Source: an uncultured Gemmatimonadales bacterium
GTDB taxonomy: Bacteria; Gemmatimonadota; Gemmatimonadetes; Longimicrobiales; Longimicrobiaceae
Direction of reading: 5' to 3'
NCBI GenBank assembly: GCA_963716255.1
Contig: OY970303.1
Span: 7,616,001-7,680,000, forward strand
DNA: 64,000 bases
The position numbers and the translations under genes are program-made. Each line of letters starts with the position of its first letter. Within the stretch, counting starts at the first letter, position 1. The notes beneath the pieces were generated by a model. It did not search any database. It was given only the letters and a program-made list of their open reading frames with translations, and was not told the DNA's origin. Of the stretch, positions 21,401 through 33,400 are shown piece by piece.

Positions 21401-24400
21401 GGGTGGAGCGCGCGGGCGGGCTGAAGCTGCGCCTGGAGTACGCTGCCGCCCGCATCGGGGGCGCCGCGGCGGGGCGGGTGCTGGAGCACCTGGAGGTGCT
21501 CCTGGCCGGGATGGCGGCCGGCCCCGGCCGAACGCTCGCGGAGATCCCGCTCCTCCCGGAGGCGGAGCGTCGCCAGCTCCTCGCCGGGTGGGGCCGGGCG
21601 GAGGGAGCGCGTCCGGCCGACCTCCCCCTGCACCGGCTCGTCGCCCTCCAGGCGGCGCGCACACCGGACGCCGTGGCGCTGGCGCACGGGACCCGGAGGG
21701 TGAGCTACGCCGAGCTGGAGCGGGATGCGAACCGGGTGTCCCACCTCCTGCGCGGGCGGGGCGTGGGCGCCGGGGCGCGCGTGGCCGTGTGCCTGGAGCC
21801 GTCCCCGGAGATGGTCGCGGCGGTGCTGGGGGTGCTCGGGGCCGGCGCGGCCTACGTCCCGCTCGACCCCTCGTACCCGCGGGAGCGGCTGGACTTCGTC
21901 CTCCGGGACGCCTCCGCCGCGCTCGTCCTCACCCGGAGCCCGCTCCTGGACCGCGTCCCGGGGGGAAGCGCGGAGGTGCTCTGCCTGGACGCGGAGCGGG
22001 AGCGCCTGGCCCGGGAGCCGGAAACGGCGCCGGGCGCCGCGGTAGGCCCGGAAAGCCTGGCATACCTCGTCTACACCTCGGGCTCGACCGGGACGCCCAA
22101 GGGGGTGATGGTCGAGCACCGGAGCGCGTCGCGCGCGCTCCGGTCGTTCGTGGACGCCTTCGGCTTCCGGGGCGGGGACGTGATCCCCTCCCTGGCGAGC
22201 TTCGCCTTCGACATCTGGCTCTTCGAGACCCTCGCTCCCCTCGCCGCGGGCGCCACCGTGCGGCTCCTTTCCCGGGAGGAGGTCACCGACCTCCCCGCCC
22301 TGGTGGCGCGGCTCGGGGAGGCCACGCTCGCGCACGCGGTCCCCGCGCTCATGCGCCAGGTCGCCGGCGCGGTGCGCTCGGCGCCCGCGGGCTCCCTCCC
22401 GGGGATGCGGCAGGTGTTCGTGGGCGGGGACGCGGTGCCGGCGGAGCTGCTGGAGGAGATGCGCGAGGCGTTCCCCGCGGCGCAGATCCGGGTCCTGTAC
22501 GGCCCCACGGAGGGAACCGTCGTCTGCGCCAGCCACGCGGTCGAGGGCCACGAGGCGGGGCAGGTGGTGGGCGCCGAGCTGGGGAGCGCGCGCCTCTACG
22601 TCCGCGACCCGTGGGGGGAGGTCGCCCCGCTCGGCGTCCCCGGGGAGCTGTGGATCGGGGGGGCGGGGGTGGCGCGCGGCTACCACGGGCGGCCGGAGCT
22701 GACGGCGGAGCGCTTCCTCCCCGACCCGTACGGGAGCGATCCCGGCGGGCGCCTGTACCGCACGGGGGACCGGGTGCGGCGGCGGGAGGACGGCGTCCTG
22801 GAATTCCTGGGCCGCACGGACCGGCAGGTCAAGGTGCGGGGCTTCCGGATCGAGCCCGGCGAGGTGGAGGGCGCGCTGGAGCGGCACCCCGCCGTGCGGG
22901 AGGCGGTGGTGGTGGTGCGGGAGGACGCGCCGGGCGACCGGCGCCTGGTGGCCTACGTGGTGGCGTCCGGCGCAGAGCGGGCGCCCGGCGGGGAGGAGCT
23001 GCGCCGGCACCTGAGGGAAACGCTCCCGGAGCACATGGTCCCCTCCGCCTTCGTGGCGCTGGAGCGCCTTCCCCTGAACGCCAACGCCAAGGTGGACCGC
23101 CGCGCCCTCCCCGCTCCGGAGCGGGAAGCGCCCGGCGAGTCGTACGTCGCTCCGCGGACCGGCGTGGAGGCGACGCTGGCGGGGGTGTGGGCGGAGGTGC
23201 TGCGGGTGGAGCGGGTGGGGGTGGAAGACAACTTCTTCGAGCTGGGCGGCGACTCCATCCTTTCCATCCAGGTGGTGGCCCGCGCCCGCCGGGCCGGGGT
23301 GGTGGTCACCCCGAAGCAGCTCTTCGAGGAGCAGACCGTCGCCGCGCTGGCGCGGGTGGCGCGCGCGCAGGCCGACGCTCCTCCCCGCCCGGCCGGGGAA
23401 GCCGGGGGGCGGGAGGCGCCGGTCCGGCCGGCCACGGACCCGGGGGCAGAGGATGCGTACCCGCTCTCGCCCATGCAGGAGGGGATGCTCTTCCACACCC
23501 TCTACTCGCCCGGCTCGGGAGACTACGTCGCCCAGTTCCGCTACGACCTGGTGGGCGAGCTGGACGCGGACGCCTGGACGCGGGCCTGGCAGGGAGTGGT
23601 GGACCGGCACACCGCGCTCCGCACCCGCTTCCTGTGGGAGGGAGCCGACGTCCCGCTCCAGGTGGTGCCCGCCCGCGCCGAGCTCCCCGTCCGGCACGAG
23701 GACTGGCGGGAGCTGCCGGAGGCCGGCCGGAGGGAGCGGCTGGAGCGATACCTGGCGGAGGACCGCGCCCGCGGCTTCGACCCGGCCACGGCGCCGCTCA
23801 TGCGGCTGGCCCTCTTCCGCACGGGAGATGCCGACCACCACCTGGTGTGGACTCACCACCACCTGGTCCTGGACGGGTGGAGCCTCCCCCTGGTGTGGAG
23901 GGAGGTGTCCGCCGTCTACCGCGCCCTCCGCGCCGGCCGCCCCGCGGAGCTCCCGGAGCCCCGGCCATACCGGGAGTACGTGGAGTGGGTGGGGTGGCAG
24001 GACCCGGGGCGGGCGGAGTCCTTCTGGAGACACGCCCTCGCCGGCTTCCGCGCCCCCACCCCCCTGGGCGTCGACCGCGCCCCCGCGCCCGGCGCCTCCG
24101 GCTACGGCCGCGCCGAGCACCGCCTCCCCCCGGAGGCCACCGCCCGGCTGCGCGCGCTGGCCCGCCGCGGGCGCCTGACCCTCAACACCCTGGTCCAGGG
24201 CGCCTGGGCCCTCCTCCTCGCCCGCTACTCGGGGGAGGAGGACGTGCTCTTCGGCGCCACGGTCTCGGGGCGGCCGGGGGAGGTCGAGGGGGTGGAGGAG
24301 ATGGTGGGGCTCTTCATCAACACGCTCCCGGTGCGGGTGCGGGTGCGCGGGGAGGCGGAGGTGGGAGCGTGGCTGGGGGAGGTGCAGGAGGGGCAGGCGG

Positions 24401-27400
24401 TGCTGCGGGAGCACGAGCACACGCCGCTGGTGCAGGTGCAGAAGTGGAGCGAGGTGCCGGCGGGGGAGCCCCTCTTCGAGAGCATCCTCGTCTTCGAGAA
24501 CTACCCCATGCAGTCGGCGCTCGGCCGCGTGGAGGAGCGCCTGGAGGTGCGCGGGCGCGGCGGGGTGGAGCAGACGAGCTATCCGCTCACCCTGAGCGCC
24601 TCCCCCGGCGAATCGCTCCACCTGCGCCTGGACTTCCTGAGCGGCCGCTTCGACGAGGCGGCGGCCGGGCGGATGCTGGAGCACGCCGCCGTGCTCCTGG
24701 AGGAGATGGGGGCGCGCCCCGGCGCCCGCCTTTCCGCCCTCTCCCTCCTGCGCGCGGAGGAGCGCCGGGAAGTGGTCGAGCGCTGGCGGGGCACCGGGCG
24801 CGCGGCGCCTCCGGGACTCTGCGTCCACGATCTCTTCGCCCGGCAGGCCCGGCTCACCCCCGGGGCGGTGGCCCTGGTCCACGAGGACGAGCGGCTGAGC
24901 TTCGCGGAGCTGGAGCGCCGGGCGAACCGGCTCGCCGGATACCTGCGCCGCAGGGGCGCGGGGCCGGACGTCCCGGTGGGGATCTGCCTGGAGCGCGGGG
25001 TGGAGATGGTGGTCGCGACCCTCGGCGTCCTCAAGGCCGGAGGCGCCTGCCTCCCCCTGGACCCCGCCTACCCGGCGGAGCGGCTGGCCTTCATGCTGGA
25101 CGACGCGGCGGCGCCGCTCGTGCTCACCCGGCAGGGGCTCCTGGGCCGCCTCCCGGAAGGGCTCCCGGTGTGCCTGGACCGGGACGCGGACGAGGTCGCC
25201 GCCGAGAGCGGCGAGGCCCCTGCCGTCGCGGTCACCCCCGAGCACCTGGCCTACGTCGTCTACACCTCGGGCTCCACGGGGACCCCCAAGGGCACCGGGG
25301 TGCCGCACCGCGCCATCCCCGGCTTCTTCGAGGGGGTGGAGTACGCCCGCTTCGGCGCGGAGCAGGTGTACCTGCAGCACTCGTCCCCCTCGTGGGACGC
25401 CTCGTTCCTGGAGCTCTGGCCCCCGCTCCTCACGGGAGGGACGTGCGTCCTCTACCCCGGGAGGAGCCCGGAGCCGGAGGTCCTGGGCGAGCAGATCCGG
25501 AGGCACGGGGTCACCACCCTCTGGCTCCCCTCCGCGTACTTCAACCTGCTGGTGGACACCTCACCGGAGGTCCTCGGCGGCGTGGAGCAGCTCCTGGTCG
25601 GCGGCGAGGCGGTGTCGGCGCCGCACGTGCGCCGCGCGCAGGAGCTCCACCCCGGCATGCGGATCGTGAACGGGTACGGCCCGTCCGAGTGCACGGTCTT
25701 CACCAGTTGCTGGCCGGTCCCGCGGGACTTCGCGGGGAGCACGGTCCCCATCGGCGAGCCGGTGGGCGACCGGCGGGCCTGCCTCCTGGACCGCTGGATG
25801 GAGCCGGTGCCGGACGGCGTCCCGGGCGAGCTGTACGTGGGCGGGCCGGCGGTGGCGCGGGGATACCTGGGGCGGCCGGAGCCGACCGCGGAGCGCTTCG
25901 TCCCGGACCCCTTCGCCGTCGAGCCGGGGGCGCGGTGCTACCGCACGGGAGACCGGGCGCGCCGCCTCCCCGGCGGGGCGCTGGAGTTCCTGGGGCGCGT
26001 GGACCGGCAGGTGAAGGTGCGCGGCTTCCGCATCGAGCCCGGGGAGGTGGAGGCGGCGCTCGCCGGCCACCCGGGGGTGCGCGAGGCGGCGGTGATCGTC
26101 CGCGGCGAGGGGCGGGAGCGGCGCCTGGTGGGGTACGTGGCCGCGGCCGGGGGCGCCGCGCCCTCCGCGGGCGAGCTGCGGGAGCACCTCCGGGGGCGGA
26201 TGCCGGAGCACATGGTCCCCTCCGCCTTCGTGGTCCTCCCGGCCCTCCCGCTCACGCGCAACGGGAAGGTGGACCGGCGCGCCCTCCCCGACCCGGACCT
26301 CGCCGTCGGCGGGGAGGGCTACGTGGCTCCGCGGACCCCCGCGGAGGAGGCGCTGGCGCGGGTGTGGGCGGAGGTGCTGCGGGTGGAGCGGGTGGGAGTG
26401 GAGGACAACTTCTTCGAGCTGGGCGGCGACTCCATCCTTTCCATCCAGGTGGTGGCCCGCGCCCGCCGGGCCGGCGTGGCGATCACCCCGCGCGACGTCT
26501 TCGAGCGGCAGACCGTCGCCGGGGTGGCGCTCGCGGCGGGGCGGCTCGCGGAGCCGCGCGGCGCGGCGGAGCCGGAGCCGGAGGGGGGCGCGGTGGAGCT
26601 GACGCCGGTGCAGCGCTGGTTCTTCGAGACGGAGGTCCCGGCGCGGCACCACTGGAACATGTCGCTGCTCCTGCGCCCGCGTGAGGCGCTCGACCCCGCC
26701 GTGCTCCGGGGGGCGCTGGACGCGCTGGCGGCGCACCACGGCGCGCTGCGGATGCGCTTCGCCCGGGACGCCGGGGGGTGGACGCAGGCCTACGGCGCCG
26801 GGGGACCGGCCCTCCCGCTCGCGCGCTTCGACCTGTCGTCCCTCGCGGAGCCGGACCGCGCGCCGGAGCTGGAGCGGATCGGCGCCGGGCTGCAGGGAAG
26901 CCTCGACCTGTCGGCCGGGCCGGTGGCGCGGGCGGGGCTATTCGAGCTGGGCGGCGGGGAGCAGAGGCTGCTCCTGGTGGCGCACCACCTGGTGACCGAC
27001 GGCGTCTCCTGGCGCATCCTCCTGGAGGACCTGGAGTCGGCGTACGGGAGCCGCGCGCGCGGCGAGACGGCGGCGCTCCCGGCGAAGACCACATCGTTCG
27101 GCCGGTGGGCGGCGCGCCTGGCCGCGCACGCGCGGCGGGGCGGCTTCGACGCCGAGCTCCCCTGCTGGACGGCCGCGGGGCGGGAGCGCGCGGCGGCGCT
27201 CCCGGTGGACCGCCCGGGCGGCGTGAACGCCGGGGCCTCCGCCCGCAGCGTCCGCCTCTCGCTCGGCGAGGAAGAGACCCGGGCGCTCCTGCAGGAGGCG
27301 CCGCGGGCGTACCGGACGCAGATCAACGACGTCCTCCTGGCGGCGCTCGCCCGGACGCTCCGGCGCTGGACCGGGGACCCCGTCCTCCGGGTGGAGCTGG

Positions 27401-30400
27401 AGGGGCACGGGCGCGAGGAGATCTTCGAGGACGTGGACCTGTCGCGCACGGTGGGGTGGTTCACCACGGTGTACCCCGTGCTCCTGGACCTGCGCGGCGC
27501 CGGGGACGAGGGAGCGTCGCTGAAGGCGGTCAAGGAGCAGCTCCGGGGGATCCCCGGCCGGGGGATCGGCTACGGCGCGCTCCGGTACCTCCACCCCGAC
27601 CCGGAGGTGCGGGAGCGGCTGGCCGCGATCCCCCCGGCGCAGGTCAGCTTCAACTACCTGGGGCAGTTCGACGGGACCCTCTCGCGCGAGGCCTTCTTCG
27701 CGCTGGGGCGGGAGCGTGCCGGCCCCGCCGTGGGCGCCGGGGGCGAGCGCACCCACCTGTTCGAGGTGAGCGGGGTGGTGGAGGGCGGCCGGCTGCACCT
27801 GACCTGGGAGTACAGCGAGGCGCTCCACCTCCGCGAGACCGTGGAGGGGCTGGCGGAAGGGCTCGCGGCGGAGCTGCGGGCGCTGGTGGACCACTGCCGC
27901 TCGGAGGGGGCCGGAGGGTACACCCCCTCGGACTTCCCCCTGGCCGGGCTGGACCAGGCCGCGCTGGACCGGTGCCTCGCGGGCAAGCGCGACGTGGAGG
28001 ACGTGTACCCCCTCGCGCCCATGCAGGAAGGGATGCTCTTCCACACCCTCTACTCGCCCGGCTCCGGGGACTACGTCGCCCAGTTCGTCTTCGACGTCAC
28101 GGGGGAGCTGGACCGCGCCGCCTGGTCGCGTGCCTGGCAGGGGGTGGTGGACCGCCACGCCGCGCTCCGGACGCGCTTCCTCTGGGAGGGGGTGGACCGT
28201 CCCCTGCAGGTGGTGCAGGCCCGTGTCCCCCTCCCCGTGCGGGAGGAGGACTGGCGCGGGCTCCCGGACGGGGAGCGGGAGTCGCGGCTCGCCGGGTACC
28301 TGCGCGACGACCGGGCGCGGGGATTCGATCCCGCCCTCGCGCCGCTCCTGCGCCTCGCCCTCTTCCGCACGGGCGACGAGGCGCACACCCTGGTCTGGAG
28401 CCACCACCACCTCACCATCGACGGGTGGAGCCTCCCCCTGGTCTGCCGCGAGGTGGTCGCGCTCTACGAAGCGTTCAGCCGCGGCGGCGCCGCGCGCCTC
28501 GCCCCCGTCCATCCGTACCGGAAGTACATCGAGTGGATGGGGCGGCAGGACCCGGGGCGGACGGAGTCCTTCTGGAGACACGCCCTCGCCGGCTTCCGCG
28601 CCCCCACCCCCCTGGGCGTCGACCGCGTCCCCGCTCCCGGCGCCTCCGGCTACGGCCGCGCCGAGCACCGCCTCCCCCCGGAGGCCACCGCCCGGCTGCG
28701 CGCGCTGGCCCGCCGCGGGCGCCTGACCCTCAACACCCTGGTCCAGGGCGCCTGGGCCCTCCTCCTCGCCCGCTACTCGGGGGAGGAGGACGTGCTCTTC
28801 GGCGCCACGGTCTCGGGGCGGCCGGGGGAGGTCGAGGGGGTGGAGGAGATGGTGGGGCTCTTCATCAACACGCTCCCGGTGCGGGTGCGTGTGCGCGCGG
28901 AGGCGGAGGTGGAGGCGTGGCTGGGGGAGGTGCAGGGGGGGCAGGCGGTGCTGCGGGAGCACGAGCACACGCCGCTGGTGCAGGTGCAGAAGTGGAGCGA
29001 GGTGCCGGCGGGGGAGCGACTCTTCGAGAGCATCCTCGTCTTCCAGAACCACCCGGCGCCGGGCGCGGCGGGGAGCCCCGGGGAGCGCCGCGTCCGGATG
29101 AGCGCCCGCGACGGCTTCGAGCAGTCCGACGACCCCGTCACCCTCAGTGCCGTCCCCGGCGAATCGCTGTACGCGCGGCTCGACTTCGCGCGGGCGCGCT
29201 TCGACGACGCCACGGCGGAGCGGATGCTGGCGCACCTCGGCACGCTCCTGGAGGAGATGGGGGCGCGCCCCGGCGCGCGGCTCCGCGACCTTTCCCTCCT
29301 CACGCAGGCGGAGCGGCGCCGGCTCCGCGAGGAGTGGGACGCCGCGGCGCGGGAATTCCCGCGGGACCTCGGCCTGCACGAGCTCTTCGCGCTGCAGGCG
29401 ACGCGCACCCCCGACGCCCCGGCCGCCGTCTCCGACGGGGGGAGCCTGTCCTACGCCGGGCTGGACCGGCTCGCCAACCGCGTCGCCCGCTACCTGGGCC
29501 GGCTCGGGGTGGGTCCCGAGGTCCGGGTGGCGCTCTGCTTCGAGCGCTCCCTGGACATGGTGGCGGCCATCCTGGGCGTCCTCAAGGCCGGCGCCGCCTA
29601 CGTCCCGCTCGACCCCGCCTACCCGCCGCAGCGGCTGGAGCTGCTGCTCCGGGACTGCGGCGCCCGCCTGCTCCTCACGCACGGGGCGGCGGCCGGCCGG
29701 CTCCCGTCCTCCGGGGTGCCGGTCGTGCGCCTGGACGCGGAGCGGGAGCGGATCGCGCGGGAGGCCCCGGAGGCCCCGGAGAGCGGCGCCTCCGCGGAAA
29801 GCCTGGCGTACGTCATCTACACCTCCGGCTCCACCGGCACCCCCAAGGGGGCGATGCTCCCGCACCGGGCCGTGGTCAACTACGCCGTGGACATGGCCGC
29901 GCGGCTCGGCCTCTCGCCGCGCGACCGCGTTCTCCAGTTCGCGTCGCCCGGGTTCGACGTCGTCGTGGAGGAGATCTTCCCCGCCTGGCTCAGCGGCGCC
30001 GCCGTGGTCCTTTCCCGCGACGAGCTCCTCCTCCCGCCCGAGCTCCTGCGCGTGGTCGCCCACCACGGCGTCAGCATGTTCGAGCTCCCCACGGCGTACT
30101 GGCACGCCTGGGTGCACGAGGTGGCGCACGCCGGGCTCCGCCTCCCGGAGTGCGTTCGCTGCGTCCTGGTGGGCGGGGAGCGCGTCCTCCCCGAGCGGCT
30201 GGCCGAGTGGAGCACCCTGGGGGTCCCCCTGGTGCACGTCTTCGGCCTCACCGAGACCGCCTGCACCTCCGCCACGCTGCGCCTGGAGGCGGGCGACGAC
30301 GGCGCCCGCTGGCCCAACCTCCCCCTGGGACACCCCACCGGGAACGTCCGCCTCTACGTCCTCGACCGCGCCGGACACCCCGCCCCGCACCGGGCGCCGG

Positions 30401-33400
30401 GGGAGCTATTCATCGGCGGCGAGGGGGTGGGGCGCGGCTACCTGGGGAGGACGGAGCTGACGGCGGAGCGCTTCGTCCCCGACCCGTTCTCCCCGGTGCC
30501 GGGCGCGCGCTGCTACCGCACCGGCGACCGCGTGCGCCGGCTGGAGGACGGAGCCCTGGAGTTCCTGGGGCGCATGGACGAGCAGGTGAAGGTGCGCGGC
30601 TTCCGCATCGAGCCGGGCGAGGTGGAGGCCGCGCTGGCCGGCCACCCCGCGGTGCGCGAGGCCGCCGTGGTGGTGCGCGAGGACGCGGCGGGGGAGCGCC
30701 GCCTGGTGGGGTACGTCGCCCCGGCCGCGGGGTACGCCGCCGGGCCGGCGGGGCTCGTCCGGGACCCCGGCCGCCGGGTGGAGCTGTGGCCCTCGCACGG
30801 GGAGTACCCGGCGTACGACGACCTCCTCTACCGGGCGATGGCCGGGGACCGGCTGCGCAACGACGGATACCTGGAGGCGCTGCGCCGGCACGCGCCCGGG
30901 AAGACGGTGGTGGACGTGGGGACCGGGGGCGAGATCGTCCTCGCCCGGCTCGCCCTCCAGGCGGGGGCGCGGAAGGTGTACGCCATCGAGGTGATGGAGG
31001 AATCCTTCCGCCAGGCCCGGGCGAAGGTCCGCGAGCTGGGGCTGGAGGACCGGGTGACCCTGATCCGCGGCGACGCCGCGGCGGTGGAGCTCCCCGAGCC
31101 GGTGGACGTGTGCGTGTCCGAGCTGATCGGGTGCATCGGCGGGTTGGAGGGCGCCGTGGCGATCCTCGGCCACGCGCGGCGCTGGCTGAAGCCGGGGGGC
31201 GTGATGATCCCGTACCGGTGCGTCACCCTGGTCGCCCCCGTGACGCTCCCGGACGAGGTGCACGCGGAGCCGGCGTTCACCGCGCCGGGGGCGCACTACG
31301 CCGAGCAGGTCTTCGCCGCCGTGGGACACCGCGACGACGTGCGGCTGTGCGTGAAGGGCTTCCCGAGGGACCACCTCCTGGGCGAGCCCGCGGTCTTCGA
31401 GGACCTGGACTTCTCCGTCCCCGCCGATCCGGCCTTCCGCGGCCGCTTCGAGCTGCGGGTGGAGCGCGAGGGGCGGCTGGACGGCCTCCTCCTCTGGATC
31501 CGGCTCCACCCCGGGGAGGAGTGCGCCCTGGACGCGCTGGAGGACGAGTGCGCCTGGCTCCCCATGCTCTTCCCCGCCTTCTACCCCGGCGTGCGGGTGC
31601 GGCCGGGGGACGTGCTCCGGGTGGAGTCGCACGGCGCGCCCGCGGAGGGCGCCCCGTACCCGGACTACCACCTGCGCGGCGTGCTGGCGCGGGCGGACGG
31701 GAGCGAGGAGCCGTTCGCGTACGACTCGTTCTGGAAGGCCCCCCCGCCGGAGCCCAACGCGCTGCACCGCCGGCTGGTGAGCGAGGACGGGGTGCGGGTG
31801 CGCGCCGCGGAGGGGGACCGGGTCACGGACGAGGAGCTGCGGGAGCGGGTGGGCCGGGCCCTCCCGGCGTACATGGTCCCTTCCACGCTGGTCTTCCTCC
31901 CGGAGCTCCCGCGCACGCCGCACGGCAAGGTGGACCGCCGCGCCCTCCCCGACCCGGGCCGCCCGGCCCCGGAGCCTTCGCGCGTCGCGCCCCGCACGCG
32001 GGTGGAGGAGATCCTGGCGGAGGTCTGGTCCGCGGTGCTGCGGAGGGAGCGGGTGGGGGTCCGCGACAACTTCTTCCAGCTGGGGGGCGACTCCATCCTC
32101 ACCATCCAGATCGTGGCGCGCGCCCGGCGCGCCGGGGTCCGGGTCACCCCCCGGCAGCTCTTCGAGCACCCCACCGTCGAGCGGCTGGCCGCCGTGGCGG
32201 AGGTGGAGGAGGGGAGCGGGCCGGAGCGGGCGGCGGCGACGGGAGCGGTGGAGCCGACGCCGATCCAGCGGTGGTTCTTCGCGGAGGAGGTCCCGGAGCG
32301 GCACCACTGGAACATGTCCATGCTCCTCGCCCCGCGGAGCCGGCTCGGCGCGCGGGTGGCGCGCGAGGCGCTCGGCGCGCTGCTGGGGCACCACGACGCG
32401 CTGCGGATGCGCTTCGAGGAGCGGGACGGCGCCTGGACGCAGCGCTACGCGGACGCCGGTGGGGAGGTCCCCTTCGGCCGCGTCGACCTCGCCGGCCTGG
32501 AGGGGGAGGCGCGCGGCGCCGCCCTGGAGCGGGCGGCGGCGCGGGCGCAGGCGTCCCTCGACCTCGCGGCCGGCCCGCTGGTGCGCGGCGTCCTCTTCGA
32601 CTGCGGGGCCGCGGGGGAGCGGCTGCTCCTGGTGGCCCACCACCTGGTGACCGACGGGGTTTCCTGGCGCGTCATCCTGGAGGACCTGGAGACCGCCTGC
32701 GGGCAGCTCGCCTCCGGGGAGCGCGTCGCCCTACCGCCGCGGAGCACCTCCTTCGGGGAGTGGGCCCGGCGCCTCGCGGAGCACGCGGCCGCGCCGGCGC
32801 TGCCGGCCGAGGCGGAGTACTGGACCGGGCACGCCGCGGCGGGGGCGCCGGGCCTCCCGGCGGAGCTGGGAGACCGTCCGGGGCGGCTGGCGGAGGAGCG
32901 GCGGGTCGCGGTCTCGCTCACCGTGGACGAGACGCGGCGGCTCCTGGAGGAGGTCCCCGCGGCGTACCGGACCCGGATCGACGACGTCCTCCTGACCGCG
33001 CTCGCCCGGGCGCTCGCCTCCCGTACCGGGGAGCGGCGGCTCCGGGTGGAGCTGGAAGGGCACGGGCGCGAGGAGATGTTCGAGGGGGTGGAGCTGTCCC
33101 GCACCGTCGGGTGGTTCACCACCACCTACCCCGTGCTCCTGGAGCTGGGGGACGACCTCTCGCCGGGCGCGGAGCTGAAGCGGGTCAAGGAGACGCTGCG
33201 GAGCGTCCCCGGGCGGGGGATCGGGTTCGGGCTCCTCCGCTGGCTCAGCCCCGTGGAGGAGATCCGCGTGCGGCTCGCGGCCCTCCCGCGTCCGTGGGTC
33301 GGCTTCAACTACCTGGGGCAGTTCGACCAGGCCGTGTCGGACGGGACCTTCTTCACCCCCGCGCCGGAGCCGGCCGGCCCGCAGGCGAGCCCCGGCGCGC

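Noticed and set aside
23854..23880. HHHxxxDG motifs in C7 and C8 as nocardicin-type beta-lactam-forming domains
   Set aside because: A third His is common in ordinary DCL domains, and the upstream donors are not predicted Ser
11896..25506. Giant antisense and alternate-frame ORFs (4536, 2688, 2659, 2784, 2872, 2379 aa etc.)
   Set aside because: Shadow ORFs of very GC-rich NRPS genes: low-complexity R/G/P/A-rich or antisense-mirror composition with no domain motifs
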